A stretch of 64,000 bases of DNA from an uncultured Syntrophomonadaceae bacterium (GTDB lineage: Bacteria > Bacillota > Dethiobacteria > DTU022), in NCBI GenBank assembly GCA_964464625.1, contig CAYXKD010000001.1:5594-69593 (forward strand), read 5' to 3'. This document shows positions 49,682-60,139 of this stretch, piece after piece (positions within the stretch are counted from its first letter, which is position 1; every line of letters begins with the position of its first letter). The notes under the pieces are model-generated. The model was not told where the DNA came from. It did not search any database and worked only from the letters and a program-made list of their open reading frames with translations. A program made the position numbers and the translations under genes.

Positions 49682-50698
49682 TTAATGAAATAATTTGGTC
49701 ACTTCAGCTCCCGGGTAGTAAAGCATAATAATCTGGCGGTAATCTTTGCCTTCCCTGGCCGCTCCGTCGGCACCATACTGGCAAAGCCCCACACCGTGCC
49801 CCCGGCCGCGCGTGTGAAAAAGCAATCCTTCTGTTGTAATCTCACAGGTGAAACTGGTCGAGGGCAGATCCAGGAGGTGCCGCAGTTCTTTCCCTTCAAT
49901 GACGACACCACCCAGTTCCAGCGTTGAAACACGCCCCCCCGCTGTTTCTGAAATAACCTTCAGGGAGAGCTGCTCTCCGGAAGCAACGGGCCATGAAAGA
50001 TCCTGCGGCAGGGCGGCCGCTACTTTGGAAAAGGGAACCAAATGCTCTCCCCGGAAATGCGGCGAATGCTCACAATAGGGACAATCAATGCTCTGCAGAT
50101 AAGGCAGTAAGCCGCCGCTCCAAAGAGAATGTGAAGCTTCAGTTGTGCCCCCACAGGTTGAATGATAAACTGCTTCAATTAATTTGCCCTGGTAGACAGC
50201 CACTTCACCGGATGTCTCAGAAATGGCTTCTTTGATCCGGCTGAGGAAGAGCTTACTCTCGGGTCCCCACTCCTCCACAGTTTCCAAAGGATCAAGCCAG
50301 GCCTGGCAATGGGTGCTGTCAGAGCAAATATCTGCAGGCAAAGGTGAGCTGCTGCAGCCGCAGCCGCCAAGAGACCTTATCTGGTAGAGGGCATAGGTGC
50401 GAGCGATGACTGCCTGGGCTTTAAGTGCCTCCGTCTCAAAGGAGGAGGGCATCTCGGCAAGAAGCACACCGGCAAGGTATTCCTTCAGATCCATCTGCAC
50501 TACTTCTTTCCTATCAGCCCGATAAAGAGATATCTGTAGAGAGTCGTTATGGCTGCAATCTTTTTCCTCATCAAAGCTGTCGTTACCGCTATCCTGCAGC
50601 GCTATACCCGGCAGACGGCCCAGGGAGACAACGGCGGCAGGCAGCAGTATCACCACAAGGACAATGACAAAAAAAAGCAGGGCGGCTTTACGAGTCAT
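49682..50698 (-). CDS. spoIID: Stage II sporulation protein D (SpoIID/LytB family)
   Basis: Signal/TM plus the SpoIID domain (LKEYLAGVLLAEMPSSFETEALKAQAVIARTYAL). Confidence 0.9.
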   Translation of the reverse strand: MTRKAALLFFVIVLVVILLPAAVVSLGRLPGIALQDSGNDSFDEEKDCSHNDSLQISLYRADRKEVVQMDLKEYLAGVLLAEMPSSFETEALKAQAVIARTYALYQIRSLGGCGCSSSPLPADICSDSTHCQAWLDPLETVEEWGPESKLFLSRIKEAISETSGEVAVYQGKLIEAVYHSTCGGTTEASHSLWSGGLLPYLQSIDCPYCEHSPHFRGEHLVPFSKVAAALPQDLSWPVASGEQLSLKVISETAGGRVSTLELGGVVIEGKELRHLLDLPSTSFTCEITTEGLLFHTRGRGHGVGLCQYGADGAAREGKDYRQIIMLYYPGAEVTKLFH

Positions 50699-50937
50699 CG
50701 AAACCTCCGGCTTGTAGATTTCATCATAATATATGAAAGTAGAATTTATTTATGATGCTTTTTACAAAAGTATAGTGCGCAACCAGGGAGGTATCGTACT
50801 GTGATGCCAGGGAGCTGCTTAAAATAACTGCACAGCCCGAAGCAAAGCATCTTTGGAATAATACTTATGTTTAGTGTAGGAGAAAAAATGTTAAATCGCA
50901 GCAGAAAAAGATAGGCCTGACTGCGGCGTGTTTAATT

Positions 50938-52230
50938 CTAGCTTCCTGTTTTAAGCACCCCTTCAGTTTCACCGGAGAACTGTTTGATATGAGCGCCCAG
51001 CAGATTAAGTCTTTCTTCAAGCCTGCTGTAGCCACGCCATAGATGGCTCACACCAAAAAGTTCAGTTTCCCCCTGTGCCGCCAGCGCCGCCAGCAACAGC
51101 GCTGCGGCACCCCTGAGATCAGGAGCGATTACGGGGGCACCGGTGAGATAGGATCGGCCTTCCACAACAGCATGACGGCCTTCAACCCGTATTTGCGCCC
51201 CCATACTGTTTAATCCCTCAACATGGCGAAACCGATTTTCAAAAACCGTTTCAACAACCATGGAGGTCCCTTCGGACAGAGCCAGCAACGTCATAAATTG
51301 CGGCTGAAGGTCGGTGGAAAAACCCGGATAAGGCATTGTTTTTAGATCAACCGCCATGGGGCGTGCGCCTGATGCAGCCCTCACGGCAAAAGGACCTGCC
51401 TCCTCAACAATAGCACCGGCCTCCGTTAATTTGGCCAGAAGTGATTTCAGGTGATCGGGCAAAACAGGTTCCACGATTACATCGCCTCCGGTAATCACAC
51501 CGGCCAGAAGAAGCGTGCCCGCCTCGATCCGGTCAGGTACAACAACATGGCGCGTCCCGACTACTTCATCGACTCCCTTAATCCTGATTCGCGCCGTTCC
51601 AGCTCCTACAATCTGCGCGCCCATACTATTCAGGCAGTTGGCCAAATCAACGATCTCCGGCTCGGTAGCTGCATTTTCTAAAATTGTTGTCCCCTTGGCC
51701 AGTACCGCTGCCATAATAATATTTTCTGTTGCTCCTACACTGGGATAATCGAGATAGATTCGCGCTCCCTGCAGGCCAAGCGTAGCCCCCTTGACACAGC
51801 CATTGATGATCTCAAAATTCGCCCCCATGGCCGTAAGCCCTTTCAGGTGCAGATCGACCGGTCGGATCCCGATAGCACAACCGCCTGGTAAAGGAAGACA
51901 CACTTTCTTTTTCCGGGCAAGCAGTGGGCCCAGAACCAGAAAAGATGCTCTCATCCTCCCAACGAGCTCCGCGGGAAGCGCAGTCTGCTCCAAATCGCCC
52001 GCATTTATACGCAACAACCCCTGTTCCTGGCAATAATCGACAGAAGCCCCCAAGCCTTCGAGAACAGCGAGCATTGTACGAACATCGAGAAGGTCAGGAA
52101 CTCCCTCAATAATTGTGCTTTCACGGGTAAGAAGTGTGGATGCAATAATGGGGAGGCAGGCGTTTTTTGAGCCGTGAACCCGCACTTTCCCCCGCAGGGG
52201 GACCCCCCCCCGAATTAAAATCTGATCCAT
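50938..52230 (-). CDS. murA: UDP-N-acetylglucosamine 1-carboxyvinyltransferase
   Basis: MDQILIRGG start and catalytic Cys region (LPGGCAIG). About 430 aa. Confidence 0.95.
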   Translation of the reverse strand: MDQILIRGGVPLRGKVRVHGSKNACLPIIASTLLTRESTIIEGVPDLLDVRTMLAVLEGLGASVDYCQEQGLLRINAGDLEQTALPAELVGRMRASFLVLGPLLARKKKVCLPLPGGCAIGIRPVDLHLKGLTAMGANFEIINGCVKGATLGLQGARIYLDYPSVGATENIIMAAVLAKGTTILENAATEPEIVDLANCLNSMGAQIVGAGTARIRIKGVDEVVGTRHVVVPDRIEAGTLLLAGVITGGDVIVEPVLPDHLKSLLAKLTEAGAIVEEAGPFAVRAASGARPMAVDLKTMPYPGFSTDLQPQFMTLLALSEGTSMVVETVFENRFRHVEGLNSMGAQIRVEGRHAVVEGRSYLTGAPVIAPDLRGAAALLLAALAAQGETELFGVSHLWRGYSRLEERLNLLGAHIKQFSGETEGVLKTGS

Positions 52231-52255
52231 GAAGCTGTTCCTTTCCATGAGAAAG

Positions 52256-52921
52256 TTAAAAAATTATGGAATGCAATACCGGTATGCCCAGGCGAATTCT
52301 CACCTTACCGGTTCCGGCAATCCTGTAAAGTTCCAGTTGAAGGTTAACCGCACCTTCATCCAGGGAATATCCTTCCTCCGCCCAGGGAAGATAAGCAAGG
52401 AGCTGCACCATCCCGGGGCTATCGTACGTGCCCCGCAAGCAGGCGCCGGTGGCCTCAAGCAACCCTATCCCCAGGGTCATCAGATCCCCATCGCTGCTTT
52501 GATATGCCTCCACGCTCCAGCTGCGGCCGCTTCCTGCCGCATTGCGCCCAACAATTCTTTCCAGGCTCCGCCATAAAGCGATGCAAGCTTCTCGATCGCT
52601 GCCGCGAACCTGAATGAGAGCCTCGCTGTTTTCATAACCCCCATGTATTGACCAGCTGCAGTCCGGCGGCACCGGCAAACTTCTTTCAACAGGGCCGTTA
52701 CCTAAATGCAGAAGCCTCTCCCTTTCACCCTCATTGATAAAGCAGGAGGTACCGTAGAAGATATTTTCAACACCGTAAAGCTGTAATCCTTTTTCCAATT
52801 CACTCCAGGGTTCTCTTTCCAGCGCTGCTCCATGCAGCGGCAGGTTAACCAGTAACAGAATCAAAAGCACAAATAATATTGAGATGCGCGAAGACACCCG
52901 GGGCAGCCTCCCTTCATTCAC
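52256..52921 (-). CDS. YwmB-family protein (DUF1779)
   Basis: Signal peptide plus a conserved YwmB-like body. Directly downstream of murA, as in B. subtilis. Confidence 0.65.
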   Translation of the reverse strand: MNEGRLPRVSSRISILFVLLILLLVNLPLHGAALEREPWSELEKGLQLYGVENIFYGTSCFINEGERERLLHLGNGPVERSLPVPPDCSWSIHGGYENSEALIQVRGSDREACIALWRSLERIVGRNAAGSGRSWSVEAYQSSDGDLMTLGIGLLEATGACLRGTYDSPGMVQLLAYLPWAEEGYSLDEGAVNLQLELYRIAGTGKVRIRLGIPVLHSIIF

Positions 52922-53023
52922 CGGAAACTAAGGAATATTATGGCCCCCGCGACAGCGCATTATCCCTTGCAAAACATAAACTCTACCTGATTAATATTTT
53001 AAACAGGAGAAGGAAGTCCAGTA

Positions 53024-53476
53024 TCATTCAATAAAATCAACAAGTACGCCCGCCTCAGTGAAGAGTTGCCTTGCCAGATCATCCGGATAGTTTTCTGCAA
53101 GGCAGATCCGGCGTATACCTGCATTGATCAGCATCTTGGCGCAAACAGCGCAGGGAAAGTGGGTGCAGTAAAGGGAAGCGCCTTTGATAGCAACGCCATC
53201 CAAAGCTGCCTGGATAATAGCGTTTTGTTCAGCATGAAGGCCCCGGCAAAGTTCGTGTCTTTCGCCGGCGGGAATATTTAGCTTCTCTCTAAGACAGCCT
53301 CTTTCGTCACAATGTTTCAACCCTCTGGGTGCCCCGTTATAGCCAGTGGCCAGGATGCGTTTCTCCAGGACCAGGAGTGCGCCCACATGGCGCCGCAAAC
53401 AGGTGGAACGGGAGGCTACTACCCTGGCAATCTCCAAAAAATAGTGATCCCACTCAGGCCTTTCCGACAAAAGCAA
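53024..53476 (-). CDS. dCMP deaminase (ComEB/cytidine-deaminase fold)
   Basis: Zinc motifs HAEQNAI and [14 protein letters not shown]. Confidence 0.85.
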   Translation of the reverse strand: MLLSERPEWDHYFLEIARVVASRSTCLRRHVGALLVLEKRILATGYNGAPRGLKHCDERGCLREKLNIPAGERHELCRGLHAEQNAIIQAALDGVAIKGASLYCTHFPCAVCAKMLINAGIRRICLAENYPDDLARQLFTEAGVLVDFIE

Positions 53477-53533
53477 AACACTCCTTTCCCAGGGGGATAG
53501 GCAAAATATTGTTTTTGACCAGCCCTGTTAACC

Positions 53534-54802
53534 TCATTCCGGCTTTTCAAGCCCGGTAACTGGGAACTTTCTACAGAGCGCATGTACCCGCCTTCTCAAT
53601 CCCTCGAGGACCGTCTTGTCGGAACGGTGGATAACCGCCTCGTCTATAATCCGGGCGATCTCCTTGATTTGCTCCGGTCCCATTCCCCGCGAGGTTATCG
53701 CAGGTGTGCCTAGCCGCAGACCGCTGGTTACCCGGGGTGGTTGCGGATCAAAGGGGATGGAATTTTTATTGGTGGTAATACCAATATCACCCAGCAGCTG
53801 CTCAGCTTCCAACCCGGTAATCTTTTTTAACCTCAGATCCACCAGAATCAGGTGAGTGTCACTGCCTCCGGTCACCAGAGTAAACCCCGCTTCAATCAAC
53901 TTTTCTGCGAGTATCCGGGCATTCTCAAGAACCCGGGACTGGTAAGCGGCAAATTCTGGGGACTGTGCCTCCTTTAAAGAAATTGCCTTTGCCGCGATGA
54001 CATGCATAAGAGGCCCGCCCTGTATACCGGGGAAAACCGCTCTGTCGATGAGCGAAGCATATTCGCGGCGGCAGAGGATCATACCGCCACGCGGGCCGCG
54101 CAGTGTTTTATGAGTCGTTGTAGTGACCGCCGCAGCATGGTGTACCGGATTCGGGTGCAGCCCCACAGCCACGAGACCTGCTATGTGAGCCATATCCGCA
54201 ATTAATTCAGCACCCGCCTCGCCGGCAATGTCCTGAAAGGCGGCAAAATCAACCATACGCGGATAGGCAGTGGCACCGGCAATGATAATCTTCGGTCTGA
54301 CACGAAGTGCCTGTTTCCGGATTTCTTCCATATCAAGCAAGCCGCTGTCCCTATCAACCCCGTAGGAATAGGCCTCATAATAGTTTCCCGTTATATTTAC
54401 CGGACTGCCGTGTGTCAGATGGCCTCCATGAGCCAGATCCATCCCCAGTATCCGGTCGCCCGGTTTCAAAAAGGCAAAGAAAACCGCCAGGTTTGCCGAA
54501 GAACCGGAATGGGGCTGGACATTGGCGTGATCGGCTTGGAAAAGCGCCTGTGCCCGGCTGCGGGCCAGTTGTTCAACCTTGTCCACATAACGGCAGCCTC
54601 CGTAATAACGGGCTCCAGGGTAACCTTCAGCATATTTGTTCGTCAACACAGACCCCTGAGCCTGCAAAACAGCCCGGCCCACCAGGTTTTCTGAAGCTAT
54701 CAATTCCAGGCTATCCTGCTGCCGTCTTTCCTCAGCTGCCATCGCCGCCGCAATCTCCGGATCAATACGGTGCACTTCACTCAGGTGATCCTTTCTATCC
54801 AT
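53534..54802 (-). CDS. glyA: Serine hydroxymethyltransferase
   Basis: ELIASENL..., PLP Lys motif [14 protein letters not shown]. Confidence 0.95.
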   Translation of the reverse strand: MDRKDHLSEVHRIDPEIAAAMAAEERRQQDSLELIASENLVGRAVLQAQGSVLTNKYAEGYPGARYYGGCRYVDKVEQLARSRAQALFQADHANVQPHSGSSANLAVFFAFLKPGDRILGMDLAHGGHLTHGSPVNITGNYYEAYSYGVDRDSGLLDMEEIRKQALRVRPKIIIAGATAYPRMVDFAAFQDIAGEAGAELIADMAHIAGLVAVGLHPNPVHHAAAVTTTTHKTLRGPRGGMILCRREYASLIDRAVFPGIQGGPLMHVIAAKAISLKEAQSPEFAAYQSRVLENARILAEKLIEAGFTLVTGGSDTHLILVDLRLKKITGLEAEQLLGDIGITTNKNSIPFDPQPPRVTSGLRLGTPAITSRGMGPEQIKEIARIIDEAVIHRSDKTVLEGLRRRVHALCRKFPVTGLEKPE

Positions 54803-54836
54803 AATGCCAGCCCTCCATCAGCCTTTAACGAGGTGA

Positions 54837-55286
54837 TTATACCCTGCCACGCCTCTCAATAAAAGTAACCTTTTCGAGGCGGCGAATGTGCCGCCCCTCT
54901 GTAAACCTGCTTTTCAAAAAAACATCCACGATTTCCAGCGCCGGTCCCGGTCCTATCACCCGCGCTCCCAAAGTTAATATATTGGCATCGTTATGTTCAC
55001 GAGCGCAGCGGGCAGAAAAAGTATCACTGCAAAGAGCGGCCCTGATGCCCGGGTGTTTGTTGGCAGCAATAGTCATACCGATACCGGTTCCGCAAAGCAG
55101 AATCCCATAAGACAATTCGCCGGCAGCTACCGCTACAACAAGCGGTAAAGCGATATCAGGATAATCGACACTGCTCTCGCAGAAAGTACCAAAGTCCGTC
55201 AGCTCAATTCCTAACGCCTCCAGATGTTCCTTGATCAACTCTTTCATGAAAAATCCGGCATGATCACTGCCCAGAGCTACCTTCAT
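54837..55286 (-). CDS. rpiB: Ribose-5-phosphate isomerase B
   Basis: MKVALGSDHAGF start, RpiB/LacAB fold, 149 aa. Confidence 0.9.
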   Translation of the reverse strand: MKVALGSDHAGFFMKELIKEHLEALGIELTDFGTFCESSVDYPDIALPLVVAVAAGELSYGILLCGTGIGMTIAANKHPGIRAALCSDTFSARCAREHNDANILTLGARVIGPGPALEIVDVFLKSRFTEGRHIRRLEKVTFIERRGRV

Positions 55287-55749
55287 GGCCTGTGCTCCTT
55301 TCCAGTTTTTTAATGATTTCTTTTATTGATGCGTAGAGCTCTTCGTAAGTCTGCCGGTAATCTTCAAGGGATCCGCCATAGGGATCGGCCACATCGGGAT
55401 TTCCGGCAATACCGGCAAATTCTTTCAATAAAAAAGTCTTATCCGCCGCGGCAGGGAAAAGACGCAGCAGCTGATTCCGGTGCTGCCGGCTCATTACCAA
55501 TATGAGAGAGGCATTGGCAACCCTCTCTTCATCAAGCAGTGCGGATAAATGTGTTCCCAGGTCAATTCCTGCACGGTGCATTACCCTGCGGGCATGTTCG
55601 GAAGCTCTTTCTCCATACGCCGCCGCCAGTCCTGCAGAATCCGTCTCCAGCATGCGGGAACGCAAACGGCTTTCCCACTCATGGAGCAGCAGCGCAGAAG
55701 CCATGGGGCTGCGGCAGGTGTTACCGGTACAAACAAAAAGGATACGCAT
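55264..55749 (-). CDS. Low-molecular-weight protein tyrosine/arginine phosphatase
   Basis: C(X)5R P-loop VCTGNTCRSPMA. Start set at MRILFV. Confidence 0.85.
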   Translation of the reverse strand: MRILFVCTGNTCRSPMASALLLHEWESRLRSRMLETDSAGLAAAYGERASEHARRVMHRAGIDLGTHLSALLDEERVANASLILVMSRQHRNQLLRLFPAAADKTFLLKEFAGIAGNPDVADPYGGSLEDYRQTYEELYASIKEIIKKLERSTGHEGSSGQ

Positions 55750-55773
55750 TATTTTCGCTGTCATCATCATCAC

Positions 55774-56808
55774 CTAGACCCTGATCGTTCGCGCAGCGGC
55801 TTTATGCAGCCGGTTCATCACTGCAGCACCAAGGCCCCGCGGGGGAACACCTTCCGCCAGAATCAGGTCAGCTCTTTGCGCATCAAAGCGGCGCAGCGCC
55901 GGAAAAAGGCTTTTCGCCGCCAGCCGTAAACCGGCCGGCCCAGGGTTAATCTGAAAAATTACCACCCTGAGTCCCTTTTTCTGATAAGCAACAGCAAGGG
56001 CTTCGAGCAAAGCCCGCCTCCTGACAGCGGTACCTGTAATAAGGAACAGGGGAGCGCGGGGCGCATAATGTCGGTATTTCATTCCCGGGGAGGGGGGAAT
56101 ACCCGCTTTCCCGCTGCGTAAATCAACAACTTCGGTACCGAGGACTGCCTCCAGCTGTTCCCTGGAGATCCCACCCGGGCGCAATATCGCAGGCCGGGAT
56201 CCGCTCAAATCAAGGACCGTTGATTCCAGCCCCAGGCGGCAGGAACCTCCATCAAGAACGGCGTCGATCTTTCCAGCCAGATCTTCAAGCACATGGCTGA
56301 GAGCGGTTGGGCTGGGCCGCCCTGAGCGGTTGGCACTTGGTGCAACTAGGGGTACACCTGCAGCCCGGATCAGCTCCAAAGCCAGGGGATGGGCAGGCAT
56401 GCGCACCGCAACTGTGGGCAGGCCCGCACTAATCTCCGGCGGCAGCAATGCAGAGCGCGGCAGCACCAGGCTGAGAGGCCCGGGCCAGAAGCAACTCATC
56501 AGCTTAAAAGCCTCCGGGGGGATAAAAGAGGCAACCTTTTTAACCTGCTCCAGGCGGGCCACATGAACAATTAGCGGGTTGTCCGCCGGACGCCCCTTTG
56601 CTTTAAAAATATTCTTTATCGCCCGCCTGTTTACAGCGGATGCCCCCAGACCATATACCGTTTCAGTGGGAAAAGCCACAAGCCCGCCGCGGCGGATCAT
56701 CCCTGCCGCAGCGGCAACTGTCTTCCGCCCCGGCGGAAGGACAAGGGTCTTATTGACGCGGAGCACTTTAAGTAACCCTTTGCCACCACAGGAGAGGCGG
56801 CGCATCAA
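55774..56808 (-). CDS. tsaC: L-threonylcarbamoyladenylate synthase, long Sua5 form
   Basis: YrdC domain (VAFPTETVYGLGA) plus a C-terminal Sua5 domain. 344 aa. Confidence 0.85.
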   Translation of the reverse strand: MMRRLSCGGKGLLKVLRVNKTLVLPPGRKTVAAAAGMIRRGGLVAFPTETVYGLGASAVNRRAIKNIFKAKGRPADNPLIVHVARLEQVKKVASFIPPEAFKLMSCFWPGPLSLVLPRSALLPPEISAGLPTVAVRMPAHPLALELIRAAGVPLVAPSANRSGRPSPTALSHVLEDLAGKIDAVLDGGSCRLGLESTVLDLSGSRPAILRPGGISREQLEAVLGTEVVDLRSGKAGIPPSPGMKYRHYAPRAPLFLITGTAVRRRALLEALAVAYQKKGLRVVIFQINPGPAGLRLAAKSLFPALRRFDAQRADLILAEGVPPRGLGAAVMNRLHKAAARTIRV

Positions 56809-58421
56809 AAATCCTCGACAACAAGCTGGGCGATGTTGGTGGCATGATCTGCAATCCGCTCCATATTACTTAACACATCCAGGTAGATCACCCCTGATGG
56901 AGGATAACATTTTTTTGTATTAATCCTTTCAATATGCGCTTTGCGTAAAACCTTCTCCATCAGATCAACCTGGTCATCCTCCACGATAACCATGCGGGCA
57001 AGGGGCTTGTTTTCCGTATCAAAAGCCTGGATAGCCCGCTCCAGCATGACATTGATCTTTTCATAGATCATGCTGAGCTCTTCAAGTGCCTGCTCGGAGA
57101 AAGGCAGCCTCTCCTCCACCTTGAGCTCAGCAAGCTGTTTAATATTTGTAGCATGATCGCCAATCCTCTCCAGGTCATTTGCTGCAGACATAAAGCTGGC
57201 AACCATCTTGGACTGAGCTTCAGCAAGTGGGTTTTGGGAAAGCTCAGCAAGATAAATATTTATCCCCTCTTCAAGGCTGTCAAGGAGATCTTCCATCTGA
57301 TCTATGTGCACACCTTTTTTTAAATCATTCTTGACAAAAGCGCTTATTGCCTCTCCGGTGATCTCTCGAGCGATCATGGCCATGCGCAGCAGCTCTTTTT
57401 TGGATCCCTGGATGGCTGCCGCCGGTGTGGGCAGCATCCGCTTGTCCAGATAATTCGGACCGATTCCTATACTCACCTCTTCACCGGGAACAATGTAGCT
57501 GATAAACCTGGCGAAGTACGGCAGGATTAAAATAAAAAACAGGGAGTTGAAAACATTGAAAATAGAATGAGCGTTGGCGATTTGACGGGTCACGGTGGAT
57601 GCTGTTTTTAAAACCAAACTTGTAAAGGGTGTCAATATAAAAAGGCAAAGAACCACCCCGATGACGTTAAAATATAGATGAGCCATAGCGGCGCGGCGGG
57701 CCGTCACATTGGTCCCCGCGCTGGCGATAAAAGCGATCACGCAGGTGCCAATGTTCGAACCAAGGATCAGGGGTATGGCTTCACTCAAAGTAATCATTCC
57801 CTGCATGCTCAGGGCAATAATAACACCCGTAAAAGCACTGCTGCTTTGAAGTGCTGCGGTGAACAGAGCCCCGCCGATCACTCCCAGCAGGGGAAATGTG
57901 CCGAATTTTGCCAGCAGCCCATGGAAGGCGGGCAGATCTTTCAGTGGCTCCAGACCAGCTGCCATGGTGCTAATGCCGAGAAAAAGTAACCCCATCCCCA
58001 GGATAGCTTCACCAAGGTAGCGGTACTGCCTGCGCCTGCTAAAAAAGATAATAAGAGCGCCGAGGCCAATAATGGGAAAGGCAATATCCTCGATCTTGAA
58101 AGCAATAATCTGTGTAGTTACAGTGGTGCCGATATTAGCACCAATAATTACGCTAATCGCCTGGGAGAGAGTGATCAGACCGGCGTTGGCAAAGCCGACA
58201 ACCATGACTGTCGTAGCGCCGCTGCTCTGGATGAGCATGGTAATCAGTACTCCTGTGAGCACGCCGATGATCGGACGGGTTGTCAGTACCTCGAGGATCC
58301 GGCGCAGCCTGTCGCCTGCTGCATTCTGCATCCCCGTCGCCATCATCTGGATGCCGAACAAGAAAAGGCCCAGACCGCCCACCGAAATGAAGACGATTTG
58401 CAGGTATTCCCGCCAGGACAA
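56805..58421 (-). CDS. Na/Pi-cotransporter II-related membrane protein with a PhoU-like C-terminal domain
   Basis: Two Na/Pi cotransporter repeats (ANAGLITLSQ, GSNIGT) and C-terminal PhoU-like helices. Confidence 0.8.
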   Translation of the reverse strand: MSWREYLQIVFISVGGLGLFLFGIQMMATGMQNAAGDRLRRILEVLTTRPIIGVLTGVLITMLIQSSGATTVMVVGFANAGLITLSQAISVIIGANIGTTVTTQIIAFKIEDIAFPIIGLGALIIFFSRRRQYRYLGEAILGMGLLFLGISTMAAGLEPLKDLPAFHGLLAKFGTFPLLGVIGGALFTAALQSSSAFTGVIIALSMQGMITLSEAIPLILGSNIGTCVIAFIASAGTNVTARRAAMAHLYFNVIGVVLCLFILTPFTSLVLKTASTVTRQIANAHSIFNVFNSLFFILILPYFARFISYIVPGEEVSIGIGPNYLDKRMLPTPAAAIQGSKKELLRMAMIAREITGEAISAFVKNDLKKGVHIDQMEDLLDSLEEGINIYLAELSQNPLAEAQSKMVASFMSAANDLERIGDHATNIKQLAELKVEERLPFSEQALEELSMIYEKINVMLERAIQAFDTENKPLARMVIVEDDQVDLMEKVLRKAHIERINTKKCYPPSGVIYLDVLSNMERIADHATNIAQLVVEDF

Positions 58422-58502
58422 TCACAAACCTCCCAATTATCGACAAATTTATCTATATATCAAAACCACACTAATTATAGAAGATCTTCTTTGCTTTTTC
58501 AA

Positions 58503-59189
58503 TTATTTATTGATGGGGCGCCTGAAAAACTCCCAGACTTTAATCTGCCACTTGCCTGAACGAGCAGTTTCCTTATCTTTTTCTCCCCTGTTTAAAGCGT
58601 TGCTATGGGGCGGTTCCGCGAAAGAAACTGGCGCGGCTCTCTCTTCCTCTTCCACAGAGTCCTCCCCGATTTTTACCGGGGGAAGGCAGAGCGAGGGGAA
58701 TAGAAGGCACCACCAGTTTTCTCCGGACCCCTCATCAATGATCACCGTTAATGCAGTATATTCTCCCGCCGGATAGATCCGGCGCCCATAGATTTTTAAG
58801 GGGAAATGCTCCTGTGTGAGCCGCACCACAATTTGCGTTCCCGCTGCCGCTTCGGCGGTATAATCTTGAAGGGATTTTTCAAGTTCGGACAGATAATCAC
58901 CCAAAAAGGAGATGTACCCTTCATAGCCACACTCCTGCGGCGGTTTATTTTCAGAGAGTAAATGCCTGACCTGCATAACAAGTTCCATCTTAAAATTCTG
59001 CTCTGCAAGGCTGTCTCCCGCTGCCCGCACATGCAACCTCACCACAGGTTCACCATCCTGCAACTGCCAGGCAGTTTCTTTTTCATACCTGGAGGCAGCA
59101 TGATAAATTGAACCCAGGATGAAAAGGATAATGGCCAGGGCCGCAGTGAGTAAGGTTCTATTATTAACCCATTTTCTATTTCTCTTCAT
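58503..59189 (-). CDS. spoIIR: Stage II sporulation protein R
   Basis: VVRLHVRAAGDS...ENWWCLLFPSLC matches the SpoIIR signature (IRLHVIANSDS...NWWCVMFPPLC). Confidence 0.85.
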   Translation of the reverse strand: MKRNRKWVNNRTLLTAALAIILFILGSIYHAASRYEKETAWQLQDGEPVVRLHVRAAGDSLAEQNFKMELVMQVRHLLSENKPPQECGYEGYISFLGDYLSELEKSLQDYTAEAAAGTQIVVRLTQEHFPLKIYGRRIYPAGEYTALTVIIDEGSGENWWCLLFPSLCLPPVKIGEDSVEEEERAAPVSFAEPPHSNALNRGEKDKETARSGKWQIKVWEFFRRPINK

Positions 59190-59991
59190 TATTTGCTTTC
59201 TCCGGACTGGATTCCTGCCTGTAGTGGCGCCGGATCATATCCAGGGCGGCTTTTTCAATCCTTGAAACCTGGGCCTGGGATATTCCTATCTGACCGGCAA
59301 TTTCGACCTGAGTTTTTCCTTCAAAGAAACGCGCCTCGATAATCTGTTTTTCCCTGGGCTTAAGCTTATCCAGGGCTTCCTGTAAAGCCAGGTTTTCCAG
59401 CCATCTTTCAGTGCTGTCGGACTGGTCGCTAATAATATCCATCACGTAGACCGGATCAGTGCTGTCCCGAAAAACAGGATCATAAAGTGAAAGTGGTTCC
59501 AGTGCGGCATTATAAGCGAAGATCACCTCTTCTGAAGTTATTCCCATGGCCCTGGATATTTCGCTGACATTGGGTTCTCGATGATTTTTCCTCAAAAATT
59601 CCTCCCTTGTTTGAAGAACACGGTGAGAAAGGTTTTTAATGGAGCGACTGATATGGATACTGTTGTTGTCTCGCAGGTACCGCTTTATTTCGCCCATTAC
59701 CATGGGGACTGCATAAGTTGAGAAATTGACTTCATGTTCCAGTTGGAAGTTGTCAATAGCCTTGAGTAGACCGATACAGCCAACCTGAAAGAGATCGTCC
59801 AGCGATTCGCCGCGGTTTTTAAACCGCTGCAGGATACTTAAAACAAGACGCAGATTGCCCCTGACCAAGGCTTCCCGGGCTTCAGAGTCTCCTTCTTTAA
59901 CACGGCCAAAAAGCTCCTTCATTTTCTCTGTCGAAAGGGTCGCCAGTTTAAAGGTGTTAACCCCACTTAGTTTTACTTTATTCGGAAGCAC
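59176..59991 (-). CDS. sigG: RNA polymerase sporulation sigma factor SigG
   Basis: KVKLSGVNTFKLATLSTEKMKELFGRVKEGDSEAREALVRGNLRLVLSILQRF aligns with B. subtilis SigG (KVEICGVDTSKLPVL...EGDDSAREKLVNGNLRLVLSVIQRF). GTG start. Confidence 0.8.
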   Translation of the reverse strand: MLPNKVKLSGVNTFKLATLSTEKMKELFGRVKEGDSEAREALVRGNLRLVLSILQRFKNRGESLDDLFQVGCIGLLKAIDNFQLEHEVNFSTYAVPMVMGEIKRYLRDNNSIHISRSIKNLSHRVLQTREEFLRKNHREPNVSEISRAMGITSEEVIFAYNAALEPLSLYDPVFRDSTDPVYVMDIISDQSDSTERWLENLALQEALDKLKPREKQIIEARFFEGKTQVEIAGQIGISQAQVSRIEKAALDMIRRHYRQESSPEKANNEEK

Positions 59992-60139
59992 CTCTCTTCC
60001 CTCCTCACCCTTATCCTTGCCATTATCTGTCTCCTTTAGACATTTCTGTGGAATTAATTTTAGAAAAAGATGTTATAATTGTTGTAGTCTACAAAGAAGC
60101 CGGCCTTAATCCGGCGCAATAACTGAGGAGGGAGCAAAA

